A stretch of 62,609 bases of DNA, filler included, from Globobulimina sp. (Eukaryota): assembly GCA_003354225.1 (NCBI GenBank). It is 29 parts of 29 records of this genome, joined end to end, with 100 filler letters (N's around TTAATTAATTAA, not from the genome) between each part and the next. Parts side by side here need not be neighbours in the genome. Positions count along the whole stretch, not along the records: positions 45,420 to 47,481 come from PIVH01009329.1; positions 47,582 to 49,643 come from PIVH01009330.1; positions 49,744 to 51,804 come from PIVH01009331.1; positions 51,905 to 53,965 come from PIVH01009332.1; positions 54,066 to 56,126 come from PIVH01009333.1; positions 56,227 to 58,287 come from PIVH01009334.1; 23 more parts are not named here. One strand, given 5' to 3'. Every line of letters starts with the position of its first letter. The stretch's first letter is position 1. Below, piece after piece: positions 45,853 to 58,387 of the stretch. The notes beneath the pieces were generated by a model. That model searched no databases and was not told where the DNA came from. It saw only the letters and a list, made by a program, of their open reading frames with translations. The translations under genes and the position numbers were made by a program.

Positions 45853-47100
45853 TTAAAAAAACTTTTTCTTGTTTTTCTTAGGTTTATTGCGAATGTTATT
45901 ATTTTTATTATTAACATTGCTGTTTGTCGACAAAATTTCATCTCCAAATGTCATATTTGCCATACTACTAAAATCACCACCTTCTAACTCAATATCCCAA
46001 TCCATAAAATTACTATCATTGCCATCATTGTTTTTATTCTTTTTATTACCAGTACTTTTATCATCATTTCCTAAAATTTGAATATCCTCACTTTCATCAT
46101 CATCATCATAGTCATTATCCACACTCATTCCTTTTTTTTTATTTTTGTCACTTTCATTTTCCTTATTACATACTTGACAAATCTCGATCCCATTCAATTG
46201 ATTCACATTCACATTGACAAACGTACAGTGTTTGCATGTCCATTCATTCATTGCCTCTGTAACTTGCACTTGATTCCGATGCAATTTTTCCTTTTCTTGC
46301 CTAATCACACTCGGTTCAATATATATCGATCCTTGTTTCTCTGCGCCAAAACCGCATAATCTCTCCTTTTGCGTCAACTTTCTCCGAACACGCACTAAAA
46401 ACGAATCATCCTCATCTGAATTATCATTGTTATCATACGAAATCGCTATATTTCGTCGCTTCGCATTTGCATTATTATTAACGTTGTTATTTCCTCTCAA
46501 ATTAACAGTATTTGCACGCATTCCGTTGTTATTATTATTAATCTCTGAACTCACCGCATTATTATCACTGTTGCTATTATTATTATTATTGTTGGGATCA
46601 TCGGATTTTTTCTCTTCGTTTCGTGTCTGATTCGTACCTTTTAATATGACAGCATTTGCATTGTTTAATAGCAAATAACCCCTCCGGACATAAACATTTT
46701 TAATGACAATTTTTGAGTGCAACGTGAGATCTAAACTCAACCCATTTATTGCTTGATATACCATGCCATAAATATTGGAACGACCATCGGTCAATTTCAA
46801 ACGTAATAATTTCGGATTTAGCAATGGATCGATATTTTTATTTTCAAATTTCGGTGCACATAAATTAATTATTTCATCAATCTGTAACACATATTCACCG
46901 ATCCATTCTCGTTTATTAAATGTATTAAAATTATTGGGTATGAATGGTTGTCCCCAATCTACGATATCACCGCATAACAATTGTTGCATGATCGTATTAC
47001 GAGAATGTGTGTTTTGTTGATTAATACAGGCATTCAACCAATCATGTTGTACATTGAACCCTTTATTTCGAAATGCATTTAATAACGCAGTCGATGACAT
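45853..47100 (-). CDS. RMI1/TDRD3-like N-terminal OB-fold protein with a RanBP2/NZF-type zinc finger
   Basis: VLQIDEIINL, LLRLKLTDG, KIVIKNVYVRRGYLLL; WTCKHCTFVN...CQVC. Confidence 0.8.
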   Translation of the reverse strand: MSSTALLNAFRNKGFNVQHDWLNACINQQNTHSRNTIMQQLLCGDIVDWGQPFIPNNFNTFNKREWIGEYVLQIDEIINLCAPKFENKNIDPLLNPKLLRLKLTDGRSNIYGMVYQAINGLSLDLTLHSKIVIKNVYVRRGYLLLNNANAVILKGTNQTRNEEKKSDDPNNNNNNSNSDNNAVSSEINNNNNGMRANTVNLRGNNNVNNNANAKRRNIAISYDNNDNSDEDDSFLVRVRRKLTQKERLCGFGAEKQGSIYIEPSVIRQEKEKLHRNQVQVTEAMNEWTCKHCTFVNVNVNQLNGIEICQVCNKENESDKNKKKGMSVDNDYDDDDESEDIQILGNDDKSTGNKKNKNNDGNDSNFMDWDIELEGGDFSSMANMTFGDEILSTNSNVNNKNNNIRNKPKKNKKKFF

Positions 47101-47184
47101 TACTCACGTTTCAAAAAAAAAACTTTCAACAAAAAAACCTAGCCAAATAAAACAGAAGCCATATCACAATACCTCTGCGCAAAG

Positions 47185-47481
47185 ATGATTTATCAAATTT
47201 TATTGGCCGGATTGATATATGTAAGTAGTGGAGACCGATTACTGTTACAATCATCGATTAACTGTTGTTATAATGGGGCATCATGCTCCTCCATTAGCGG
47301 AGTAGCCAGCGTTTGTGCAACAACTTACAATATTTGTACAGGTAATTAAATGTTTCTGTTTATCCGTATAATATATATTACCTTTGTATATCCCACACGA
47401 AGTTCGATGTGATTACGCTGGCACTAACACGTGTTCGTTAGCTGGAAATCAAATCGGCGTAGCCTTAACCTGTCAGCAAGA
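47185..47481 (+). CDS. Secreted Cys-rich protein N-terminus; intron 47342-47402
   Basis: MIYQILLAGLIYVSSG signal-like start, then CC...C...C...C; the intron restores the frame; not in the ORF track. Confidence 0.55.
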
Positions 47482-47645
47482 NNNNNNNNNNNNNNNNNNN
47501 NNNNNNNNNNNNNNNNNNNNNNNNNTTAATTAATTAANNNNNNNNNNNNNNNNNNNNNNNNNNNNNNNNNNNNNNNNNNNNTTGAGAGGTGATAACATTG
47601 ATTTTAACGAAGTAAGCTAGTCATTAGTGTACAAATATACAAATG

Positions 47646-49165
47646 TTATCCATATTTATGTGGGTCATAAATTGGTATTTTTGCTTGTGGAGTAATAACA
47701 AAATTATCTCTGGTAAACTTATATTGCCATTCAAGTGGTCGAAAATGTAGAAAAGCATTAATCCATTTTGATCCATTATATGTTGATGGTCGGCCATGTA
47801 TTAACCGACTCGATTCATAAAATGTCATTGTACACGGCGCGTCCTCCAAATAATGCCTTTTTTTGTCCCATCCATACACTTCAATGGGCCATGCTACATT
47901 TAATGGGGAATGATTCAAATGCAATATGGTGGAAATAACATGTGTCTCTATCTTATCACAGTGCCCTTTTAGCACCGCACCAGTCGAATATTCTCGAAGT
48001 CCGTATAAAATGGAATATTTTAATTCTGTATTGGTCCATTCCTCCAATAACGGCTTAATAATATTGGCAATCCATAGTTTTTTCCTGCTCGGTATATGTA
48101 TCATTCTCATCGGGACTTCGTCCGCATTAATTAATGGATTGTCGGCGGGGAAGTTTTCTTGTACTGATCGGTGCTTATTTTGCTCATAAAAATCAGTTAA
48201 ATATTCACAGATTTCTTGTGGCATTTTTCTATGATCAAAGCCTAACTTTGTAAATTTGGGAACAAGTGGTGGTATTTGTACATTCTATTTAATATTATTT
48301 TACTTTTCTGATTGATTGACATATGGAAAATATATACATTACATACCCATAAATATCTACGTCGGGTCATCCAAATGCGTTGTTTTCGAAATGCAATGGC
48401 ATCAATCATATGTTGTTTGAATTTATCTGCATTCACAATATTAATATCTGCGCTTTCCTCATTGATAAATATCTCATCATTTACAGCATTTATATCCATA
48501 CGATTTATAATTTCATGCTTCATATTCCATACAACCACAACATCGGATATTTGTAGCAACACTGTGTCGGATTCAGATGGTTTAATTTCAGAGAGATAGG
48601 CTTCGTTTATAATATCGGGGATATCATTCACTGTTTTCTGTGTTTCTAATGATAAATATATATTTTGTTGCAAGTTATTGGTGAATGTTACATTGATTTG
48701 CAACATGTTCCACGCCCATTCATTAAATGTGCCATCAGTGTTTGCATTATATTTAATCACTGCTTGTGCCCATTTTGCAGGTTGATATAATATGGTCGGA
48801 CACCATTGATGCAAAGGAGTATTCTGTGTGGATATGTTATATCTTACGAATAAATCCCAGCTCTTTGCTTCCCACTCATACCATGGTACGTTTTGAGCTG
48901 CGTTGCGGTCAAATTCTGCAATTAATAAATGTATTGGTGATGGTAAGGATCTGTCTGAAAATGCAAATTCGTGATACAATGGTGTTTTGCATTGTGTTTC
49001 ATACAATGCTATGATTGCGGGAGTCTTTGCAGGCACATCATACTGATATGCATTTGATACAATTAAATCATCCAAATGTTCAGCAGACCACAAAGGATAA
49101 ATATCACACAAAATGACAAGACTTAAATAGCAATATACTGTCAGAAGTGACCTGGAAAGCAACAT
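47646..49165 (-). CDS. Secreted 2OG-Fe(II) dioxygenase (prolyl hydroxylase-like); intron 48285-48346
   Basis: Signal-like MLLSRSLLTV; YGLREY..GAVLKGHCD..THVIS and YESSRLIHGRP (HxD...H). Confidence 0.8.
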
Positions 49166-49310
49166 GATTTTACCACTCAATTTAGAAAAAAACTGCTTTT
49201 GTAAATAAATATACGTAAATATAGAGATAAAATGTGTGAGATAAAAACACCACAATACAATGTTTGAAAGAATGATATAAAAATATATAGTCAATCAAAA
49301 CCTTTTTTTT

Positions 49311-49643
49311 TTACACAATCGTACTACATAGTTTTTGGTCGATTGCATTTGTTTCTTGATGTGCTTTTTGTAAAATATACAGTAGTTTCAGGAATTGATT
49401 TTTTTGCATTTGGCTATAAATTTGATTCTTTGCATTTGTTCCTAAATTTGAGCCAATAATATCATTAATTTGTATATCCCGCAGACACCAAATGTACTGA
49501 ATATATGTCTGATTATTTGGATTAATGCCAACCGGAATAACATGCAAAATTTCATCTTGTTTAATTTGTGCATTTTGAATCAGCTCATACTCACTTTCCG
49601 TGAATGCCTTTCTTTCTGTTTCCAATTCAATATATTCCAAATA
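49311..49643 (-). CDS. C-terminus of an unknown protein
   Basis: 109-aa ORF open from the contig edge. Confidence 0.45.
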   Translation of the reverse strand, partial: YLEYIELETERKAFTESEYELIQNAQIKQDEILHVIPVGINPNNQTYIQYIWCLRDIQINDIIGSNLGTNAKNQIYSQMQKNQFLKLLYILQKAHQETNAIDQKLCSTIV

Positions 49644-49743
49644 NNNNNNNNNNNNNNNNNNNNNNNNNNNNNNNNNNNNNNNNNNNNTTAATTAATTAAN
49701 NNNNNNNNNNNNNNNNNNNNNNNNNNNNNNNNNNNNNNNNNNN

Positions 49744-50252
49744 ATATGATATCTGTAACAAAATTGATGTCACACATTTATGCAACAAACTTACAGTTTG
49801 ATAAAATGGATGAAATAAGAAATGAAATACGAAATGATATAAAACACAAAAACGTGTATGGTATGTCTCATATTTATATAAATGGAGAAATACACAAATA
49901 TATTGCTGGTGATATTGTTTTTGATGATGAATTGTTAAATTTATCATTAAAATTGAAAGAATTGTATGACTTCACACATGATTTTAATGCCATCACAAAG
50001 CGATTGAATACAACGAAGGAGAAAGAAATTGAACTATGTAGACACAGTGAGAAATTAGCATTAATGCATGGATTAATAAATGCAGATAATAAATATCAAA
50101 TTGTGATCAACAATAATTTAAGAATGTGTAACGATTGCCATACATTTATAAAACTAGTGTCAAAACTGTATGATAGAAACATCATTGTGTCTGATCCAAA
50201 TCATGTTCACTTGTTTAAAAATGATAAATGTAGTTGTAATGATTATTATTAA
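49744..50252 (+). CDS. C-terminus of a PPR-DYW protein (E+/DYW cytidine deaminase-like domain, ending DYY)
   Basis: GMSHIYINGEIHKYIAGD, HSEKLAL, NLRMCNDCH, DPNHVHLFKNDKCSCNDYY. Confidence 0.95.
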
Positions 50253-50399
50253 TATAGCAATTAATATAGCAATTAATATAGCATTATTAGCTGAGAACGA
50301 GGGGGGCAATGACTAGCTCAGAAATTTCTAGAATTTAATTAAAAACGCATTTTCATGCTGGCTTGTTTCCGCTTGCTTTAATCAATAATCATTGTCAAC

Positions 50400-51804
50400 A
50401 TGAAACAGCAGACAGGTTTGCGGGTTATACGGAAAGCGGTTGAAATTTCTTGATTTTTCTTTTTTAAAATAACAGACATAGCAAGAAGCCTATACAAATT
50501 ATCCAAATCGTCATTAACAGTGTCTCCAAATATAGACAAGACTGCTACGCAACTGATACAAAATTTGTTGAAAGTGAATGAAGAACGCAACAATTCAAAA
50601 AACAGAAACATTTACATTGTTGATAATGCATTAAAAATATACAATGAAACAAAAGAAGAGTTAAAAAATTACACATTAATCAATTCTTTATTAAAAATAT
50701 TTTCTCATTTCAAACAACCTGAAAAAATATCGACTGTTTGGAATAAAATTAATATTTTGGCAAATGAGAATCATGCAATATCATATCCATTGTTATTTGA
50801 TTGCTGTATCAAATCAAATCCAATAAATGTCAACGATGCAATGCAATGTTTGGAATGGATGAAATTTCAAAACTATCGTTTACATTTTGATGAAATGCAA
50901 TTATTTTCAAAGAATGCATCAAAACTTATAACAAAATGTAGTCAAAACAATGCTGATATTAACCAAATAAAATATATTCATTCTTTAGTTGATAACATGG
51001 ATGATATTTACATCAAAACTGCATTGATTAATGCATATGGTATCACTGCAAAAACACACCAATATTCATACAATGTGTTTGAATCAATACAGGAGAATGA
51101 CAAAAACAATGTTGTTATTGGAGCCATTATGAAAGTATTAATCGAGCATCACAATGCACAAAATTTACAAAAAGTATTACATATTTATGATAAATATAAT
51201 TCATTCTCATTGATCGATGATATATCAAATATCTTTGCCGTCAAAGCCTGTATTTTGTCGGATAACTTTGAGAAAGGAAAGGAAATCATAAATAACATGA
51301 CAAATCTGAATAATACAAGACTTAATAATGTATTAATTGATTTTTATTCATATTTTGGCGATTTAACAAAAGCTGCGCAGATATTTAACGATAACAATAG
51401 TAAAAAAGATGTAATTTCTGTCGCTGCTCTAATGAAAGGATATGTCAATAATAATTATAATCAGCAAGCATTAAAAGTGTATGATGATAATATTGCATTA
51501 AATGATGATATCTGTCATGTACTGGCCATTAAAGCTTGTATATCTGACAATAATTTTGAAAAAGGACAAGAGATTGAACAGAATTTATCTTCAAACCATT
51601 CCATTGTGGCTAAAACGAGTTTGATTGATTTTTATTTTCATTTTGGATGCATTGAGAAAGCTGAAAATATATTCAATTCCATCCATGCCAATACAATTGA
51701 TATCATTGCAGTTAATGCAATGATGACGGGATATATCGCAGCTAATATGTATGATAAAAGCTTATTATTATATAATAAATATTGTGATTTACATAATGAT
51801 GCAT
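50400..51804 (+). CDS. PLS-like pentatricopeptide repeat protein; probable intron 50416-50475; 3' truncated
   Basis: Repeats such as KTALINAYG, NVLIDFYSYFGDLTKAAQIF, AALMKGY, LAIKAC, TSLIDFYFHFGCIEKAENIF. Confidence 0.9.
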
Positions 51805-51920
51805 NNNNNNNNNNNNNNNNNNNNNNNNNNNNNNNNNNNNNNNNNNNNTTAATTAATTAANNNNNNNNNNNNNNNNNNNNNNNNNNNNNNNNNNNNNNNN
51901 NNNNCAAACTTAAAGCAAAC

Positions 51921-53777
51921 ATGTCAGAACGAAATGTAATTAACACATTAGGTGAAGTTCCATTATTATCAGCATGTAGCAAAGCACAATTAACTGAATT
52001 AGCGACAAGAATGACACGCCGTCATTACAAAAAAGATTCGAATTTAATGGAGGAAGGAAGTGAAGGCGATGAGTTCTTTATTCTCGCAACAGGTAATTGC
52101 TCAGTAATTGTTAAACAAGCAAATGAATCTGAACCAAAATGTATTGCAACATTACATGCTGGGGATTATTGCGGTGAACAAGCTTTATTAGACAATAATC
52201 CACGGAATGCAACAATCCGTGCAAATTCAGATGTTACTGTATTGGTTGTAACTCGTGCTGTGTTTCAAACATTAATTCAAAATGATTTCGGGATTACTTT
52301 CGCAAAAAGAAAAGCGATTTGCGCAAATTATGCAGAAAGTAAACAATCATCTGAACCTGAAAATGTCACAAAATCACCGATTGAACGCAAATGGATTTTT
52401 TACACAGTTTCTGGGAATATTTTATTTGCAGAACTTACAACTGCACAAAAAAGAGCAGTCATTGATTGTATGTATAAAAAAACAATACGTTTGGGTGAAT
52501 GTGTGATAAATGAAGGTGATTTAAATGGTGATTTATTTTATGTTATCAGAGAAGGTAAATTTGAGATTAGTAAAAAAAAAGAAGGTTTAATTAAATTATT
52601 ATGCCCAGGTGATTGTTGTGGGGAATTAGCATTGTTATATGGTGCACCAAGGGCAGCAACAGTTAAATGTTCAAGTACAGATGGAGGAGTTGTTTGGTGT
52701 TTACATAGGAGTGATTTACATAAAGCTATAGTGAATGAAACAAATAAAGAAAGTAAACAACATATTAAATTTTTAAAAAAAGTGCCATTATTATCCTCAT
52801 TATTAAGTACAGAAATTGTTCATATTAATGATGCATTAGAACAAGAAATATTTAATAAAAATGATATCATAATAAAACAAGGTGATGTGGGGAATAAATT
52901 TTATATAATTGAAGAGGGCCAAGCAAAAGTAATTAAAGATGAAGACGAAAGTAAACAAGTTGGTTTATTAAGCAATGGTGATTATTTTGGTGAAAGATCA
53001 TTAATTAAAAATGATAAAAGAGCAGCAACTATTATTGCAGATAGTGCACAATTAATATTATTGAGTTTAACGCGTGAAAAATTTAATGATTTATTAGGTT
53101 CTTTGGAAGATTTAATGCAAAGAAATATGAAGGAATATAAACGTAATTTGAAGTTAATGATACAACTTCGAAGACAAAAATCGAAGGAACGAAGGTCAAA
53201 TATGAAATTTAGTGCGTCAGTAAAAGATTTAAAAGTAATTGGCATATTAGGTCGTGGTGGATATGGTTTAGTAAAATTAGTTAGTGATCCAATCAATAAT
53301 AAATCTTTTGCTTTAAAAGAAGTCAGAAAAGAAAAAGTTATTAAAAGCAGTCAAATTAAACATATAAATGATGAAAGAAAATTAATGTTGGAAATGGATT
53401 CACCATTTTTAGTTCGACTGTGGAGAACATATCAAGATGACTATAAAGTATATTTTGTATTGGATGCATGTTTAGGAGGTGATTTATTTACAATTTTAAG
53501 AAAGTCACATTCATTTAAAGAACATGTGGCTAAATTTTATGCTGGATGTGTCATTGAAGGATTTGAGCATTTACATTCAATGAATATGGCTTACAGAGAT
53601 TTAAAACCAGAAAATTTAGTCTTAAATAGTGATGGATATTTGAAAATTACTGATTTCGGTTTTTGCAAAGTATTAGATGATGAATGTGGAAAAACATTTA
53701 CTTTATGTGGTACACCGGATTATCTTGCACCCGAAATTATATTAGGGCGTGGTCATGATTTAGGTGTTGATTTTTGG
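51921..53777 (+). CDS. PKG: cGMP-dependent protein kinase (three cNMP-binding domains + AGC kinase), broken at subdomain IX
   Basis: Three GE.AL/SL...R.AT cNMP motifs; GRGGYG, YRDLKPEN, DFG, CGTPDYLAPE. Confidence 0.9.
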
Positions 53778-53882
53778 CTAGAACCACAAACTGCATTGCA
53801 TTCTCTCCTAGATGGAACCGTTTTCAGCATACACGATAACTCAAATGATAAGGATTATGGACCAACTATTATTTTAGAACAT
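53760..53882 (+). other. Bacterial M23 peptidase-like fragment joined in frame to PKG (probable chimera)
   Basis: LGVDFWLEPQTALHSLLDGTVFSIHDNSNDKDYGPTIILEH resembles M23 HLGxD...DG.V......DYGPTIILEH. Confidence 0.6.
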
Positions 53883-54077
53883 GTCGTTAGACTGCTAACG
53901 ACATTAAATCATTAATCTCGTATACTTGAGGGGGAACAGTAATGAAAAGAAACATGCTTAAAGTGNNNNNNNNNNNNNNNNNNNNNNNNNNNNNNNNNNN
54001 NNNNNNNNNTTAATTAATTAANNNNNNNNNNNNNNNNNNNNNNNNNNNNNNNNNNNNNNNNNNNNATTAAAATCAAA

Positions 54078-55565
54078 TTATAAAATTATTGCATTTCTTG
54101 GGATGAAACATGATACAATCATACCAATAACAATACATACAGCCAAAACATAAAATGCTTTCTGATATTCTTCCTCCGTAATCTGCTGAGTTTTATCTGT
54201 ATGAACAATATCCAACAATTTACCAACAACATAACTCGAAATAGAAATTATGATAACACAAAAGGATGAAACTAATCCTGATGCTAAATCTGACGATTTA
54301 TTAGCATCATTTACTTGTCGTATTCCTGCAAAAATAATTGGAATTATACCTAATGATGATCCATGAAGAAATGTACAAACATATAAGCTACCCCATGAAT
54401 GGTGTTCTTTTGGAACATATATAACCAATAAAATTAAACTCGACAGAACAAAGCCAATAACACAGAGTTGTCTGTCAAGATAAGGATACAGATGCGAATT
54501 ACCATACTTTTTACCCACAGTACCAAATATTAATGACCCTATGGCAGCGCCAATAAATGTCACTACTGCGATTATCTGCGCATTGTGATCATCCATAGCC
54601 AGCGATGAGTCCGCAAATTTTGTCAACAAAAATTCTTTTAACCATAAACCAGCTAAAACCGGTTGGGGAATGCAAATGAAACTATATACAAATGCAAATA
54701 AATAAGTATACTTATTTGACAACGCGTGCAATATTTTTGTGTAAAATGTTTGTGTTGATGTTGCCTGCTGAACTTCAGCTACTTCCATTGTAATCTTTGT
54801 ATCATTTGTACCATTTGTATCAGTTTGGGTGGTCTGCATAGATTTAGTCAAATGATGTCTTGGCAGCAACCAATGTTTCAATCCAAAATGCTTTTTACTA
54901 ACTTTGCTTATTTCGCCGCTTTCAAATGTGATTGCTTTAAAAATTGATTCACGGTCAATCGCAAAAGCAATCAATAATATTAAACATAAAAATTGCATGA
55001 TCAAACCCAAAATGACATGCGGTTCCCTCCATATTTGATGTTGTTTGTATAACTGTAATTGTGCAATGGTTACCAATGGAGCACAATTTCCAACCATCAA
55101 TGCTATGCCAGAAAACAGTGAGACATAATTGAGAGAGAAATACTGTTGAATTATTGATAGCGTTGCCAGAAAACAGGTCGATTGGCCAATTCCCATCACA
55201 AATCTGACTATGATCAATGAGTGATACGATCTGCATAAATAAATTGATTGTGCGCAAAAACTTGATAAAATGACAGGAAAAATCAATACAATCTCTGATG
55301 AGATTGTTGATAAAATTATTCCAGTTGGTATTTGTAATGGACCATAACTCCAAAAAAATGATGTGACAGCTATTGTAATTTGTTTCTTGCTCATGCCAAA
55401 TGGGTCATTTTCAAATACAGGAGTTAAGGGTTGAAAACTATTCCGTAAGAATACTTCTGATCCATACAATAAAATGCAGCAACTCACAACAATGTATCTG
55501 TACCAAATAAACAAAAATTAATTGTTGAGTTCGCAAACTAAAAGTTATTAAACATACCTGAGCAT
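54078..55565 (-). CDS. MFS transporter; 8-nt first exon, intron 55498-55557
   Basis: About 12 TM helices; FFWSYGPLQIPTG and RFVMGIG motifs. Confidence 0.9.
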
Positions 55566-55654
55566 TAAGAATTGTTTTACGTTTTAATTCGCAGACTGTA
55601 AAGTTTTCTGAAAAACGTGCAGCTGCTCCTCCGTAAAACTAAAAAATTACTACA

Positions 55655-56126
55655 ATGCAACAAGCGTTTAATTTTGAGGAAATTAAATCTATCCATAAGT
55701 CCATAAAATATTCTGTTTATGGTTATATTCGGAGACAACAAAATTTATTTCCTTCAGTTAATCCCTATTATAATATCTCTGAATTAATTCATTTTATGGT
55801 ACTATTTTATTACAACGAGCCTGAATGCTTTGCAATAAATAACACCAAAATATTTAATTATGCCAGGACAGAATCCCAAAGTGATTACGCATTTATTGGT
55901 CACGCAGTATTTGGCAAACTGAGAATAGAAAGACAATTAATACAAGAATTTGAATGGATCATTGAAATCGATGAAAGCTATCAAGGAGTATTTGGTATTT
56001 TTGATGATACAAACAATGCATCAGATAATTGTTCAAGTACCGCACCACTGCAATTCAATGCAAATTGTATAACTGTTGGTGCGCGTAATGGTGGATGGGG
56101 TGGCTATCGATTTAGTGAACACGACA
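55655..56126 (+). CDS. Protein with recurrent box motif and SPRY-like start; 3' truncated
   Basis: YSVYGYIRR...NISELIHFMVLFYY, then VFGK..I....EFEWIIEI. Confidence 0.65.
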
Positions 56127-56688
56127 NNNNNNNNNNNNNNNNNNNNNNNNNNNNNNNNNNNNNNNNNNNNTTAATTAATTAANNNNNNNNNNNNNNNNNN
56201 NNNNNNNNNNNNNNNNNNNNNNNNNNCAGTCTTCCACACTAATAACATATTCTTTTGTGCCATATACAGTATATATTGGTTTATTGTTCGCTATTGCTGG
56301 TTCATCATTCCCTTCGCTAATGATTGTTCGCTGATAATTTGTTTATATAATCTGGTTCATCATTCCCTTACTTTATTACCATGCCAAATCTGAGTGTTGC
56401 TGCTGGATATTAATAAATTAGATTTGAACATATTTCAGATCACATATCGTTTTCAGGATTCGAGCACAAATATCAAGGCTGAGAAAAAAAAGTTTATAAT
56501 GTGATTTTTTCTTACCTTAAAAAAACTTTCTGCCGTTGCCACCGTGAACATTGAGTATATATCTACACAGGAATAACCATTTGGTTTCTTGATTATCTCC
56601 TCATTATTACATATTATCAAGGAATCTATCATTGTTGTTTCGAGTCATTTATATAATCAATTAAAAAGTGTAAATACCCTCCGACAAA

Positions 56689-58287
56689 ATGGCAGATCAA
56701 AAAGAAAAAGAAGCAAAAAAAAAGAAGGCAAAAGCTAAAAAAAAAGAATTAGCCACTTTAGATATTGTAATGAGTGGATGTAAAACCGAGAAAGAAAAGA
56801 CTTTGGCCAAACATTTAGGCTCTCAAATCCAAAAAAATAACCAAAAAGAGGGCGAAAATAAAGCCCTAGCTGCAAAACTAAAAAGTGCTTTGATGAAAAT
56901 CGACAAATTAGAAAAAACCAATAAAAAATCACGAGACGCGGTGTACAAAGAACAAAAAATACGAACCGGCGCTGTTTCAGATCAACACAGAGTACGTACC
57001 CCAAAATATGCGATTATGCGTACAACGCACCACAAACATCTAAAAAATAAACATAAATAAACCCCCAAACATCTCCAGATCAAAGCAGCAATGGCCAAGA
57101 TCCAAAAAGCAGTGTCCGCCCGTTTGAAATTATTAGGCATCGATTTCGAAAATATAACCTCGATCGGCGAGGCTTTAGACGCTTCGTTGAAGGCCATCAA
57201 TAGTTTGGTGGCGCAGTTACAGGAAAAAGATATGTTCATCGCCAAGTTAGAGAGTCAGATCGCGTCCTTAAAGAAGACCATCGAGTCGCAAAAAGACAAA
57301 ATAAATTACTTAGAAAAGAAATTAAATGCCCAAAAGAAGATCATCGCCGACTTAAAGGACAAATTAAAGGAACGCGACGCCCGCATCGAGGCGTTGGAGG
57401 CAGAAAACGAAGCCTTAAAAGCGAAAAACGCGCAGTTGGAGGCTGATTTGGATGCGCTCGGCGACGAATATGCCAAATATAAAGCCGAGGCAGAGGCAAA
57501 AATGGCTCACGTTAACCCCTGTTTTTTTTTACTTGCGAAATTGCGTATAAATCCATGATATTTGTAGATGGGGAAAACTATCCAAGACGCAGAGGACGAG
57601 AATAAAGAGAAAAGCTCTCGAATCGAAGAGTTAATGGCGAAGATCGCCGAGTTAGAGGCGGAGAATAAAGAGCAACGCAGCACCATCAAGGACCAAACCG
57701 CGAGGATCAAAGAGTTGGAGCGGGCGTTGGCCGAAGCGGCCAAAGAGTTGGAGGCGAAAGATGAGCGGATTCGGGAGTTGTTGGCCGAGATTGAACGGTT
57801 AAAAGCGCGCATTGCCGAATTGGAGCAGATTCAAAAAGAAAACGAAGCGACCATCGACAAACAGAGTGACCGCATTGCGGCGTTGGAGGCATTGTTGGCA
57901 GAGAGAGACGCAGAGATTGAAGAGTTGAAACGGCGCAAAAAGATCGAGATTGATGAGCGCGATGCGGAGATCTCCGATTTGCGCGGCGAGATTGAACGGT
58001 TGAAGCGAGAGATTGAGCGGTTGCTGAAAATCATCAATTATCCACGCAAGAAAGTGGAGGTTCAGACTGATATCAGTGGCGCCATTGACTTGCAGTTGAA
58101 TGATTATCCGCGATTATTGAAAGAGATTGTTGCGCTCAAATTGTTGTTGGAGAAGAAGAATAAACGGATCCGCGACTTGGAAGAGGAGAATAGAATGTTG
58201 ATGAGCGATTTGCAGTATTTATTTAAGAAAGCCGTGGCGTTCTATAGCGATCGGAGTACGCATACCGGGCAAGTATGTAATTTGCAA
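56689..58287 (+). CDS. Long coiled-coil protein; introns 56992-57078 and 57511-57567; 3' truncated
   Basis: Three ORFs joined in frame by GT..AG introns; IAELEAEN-type heptads. Confidence 0.85.
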
Positions 58288-58387
58288 NNNNNNNNNNNNN
58301 NNNNNNNNNNNNNNNNNNNNNNNNNNNNNNNTTAATTAATTAANNNNNNNNNNNNNNNNNNNNNNNNNNNNNNNNNNNNNNNNNNNN

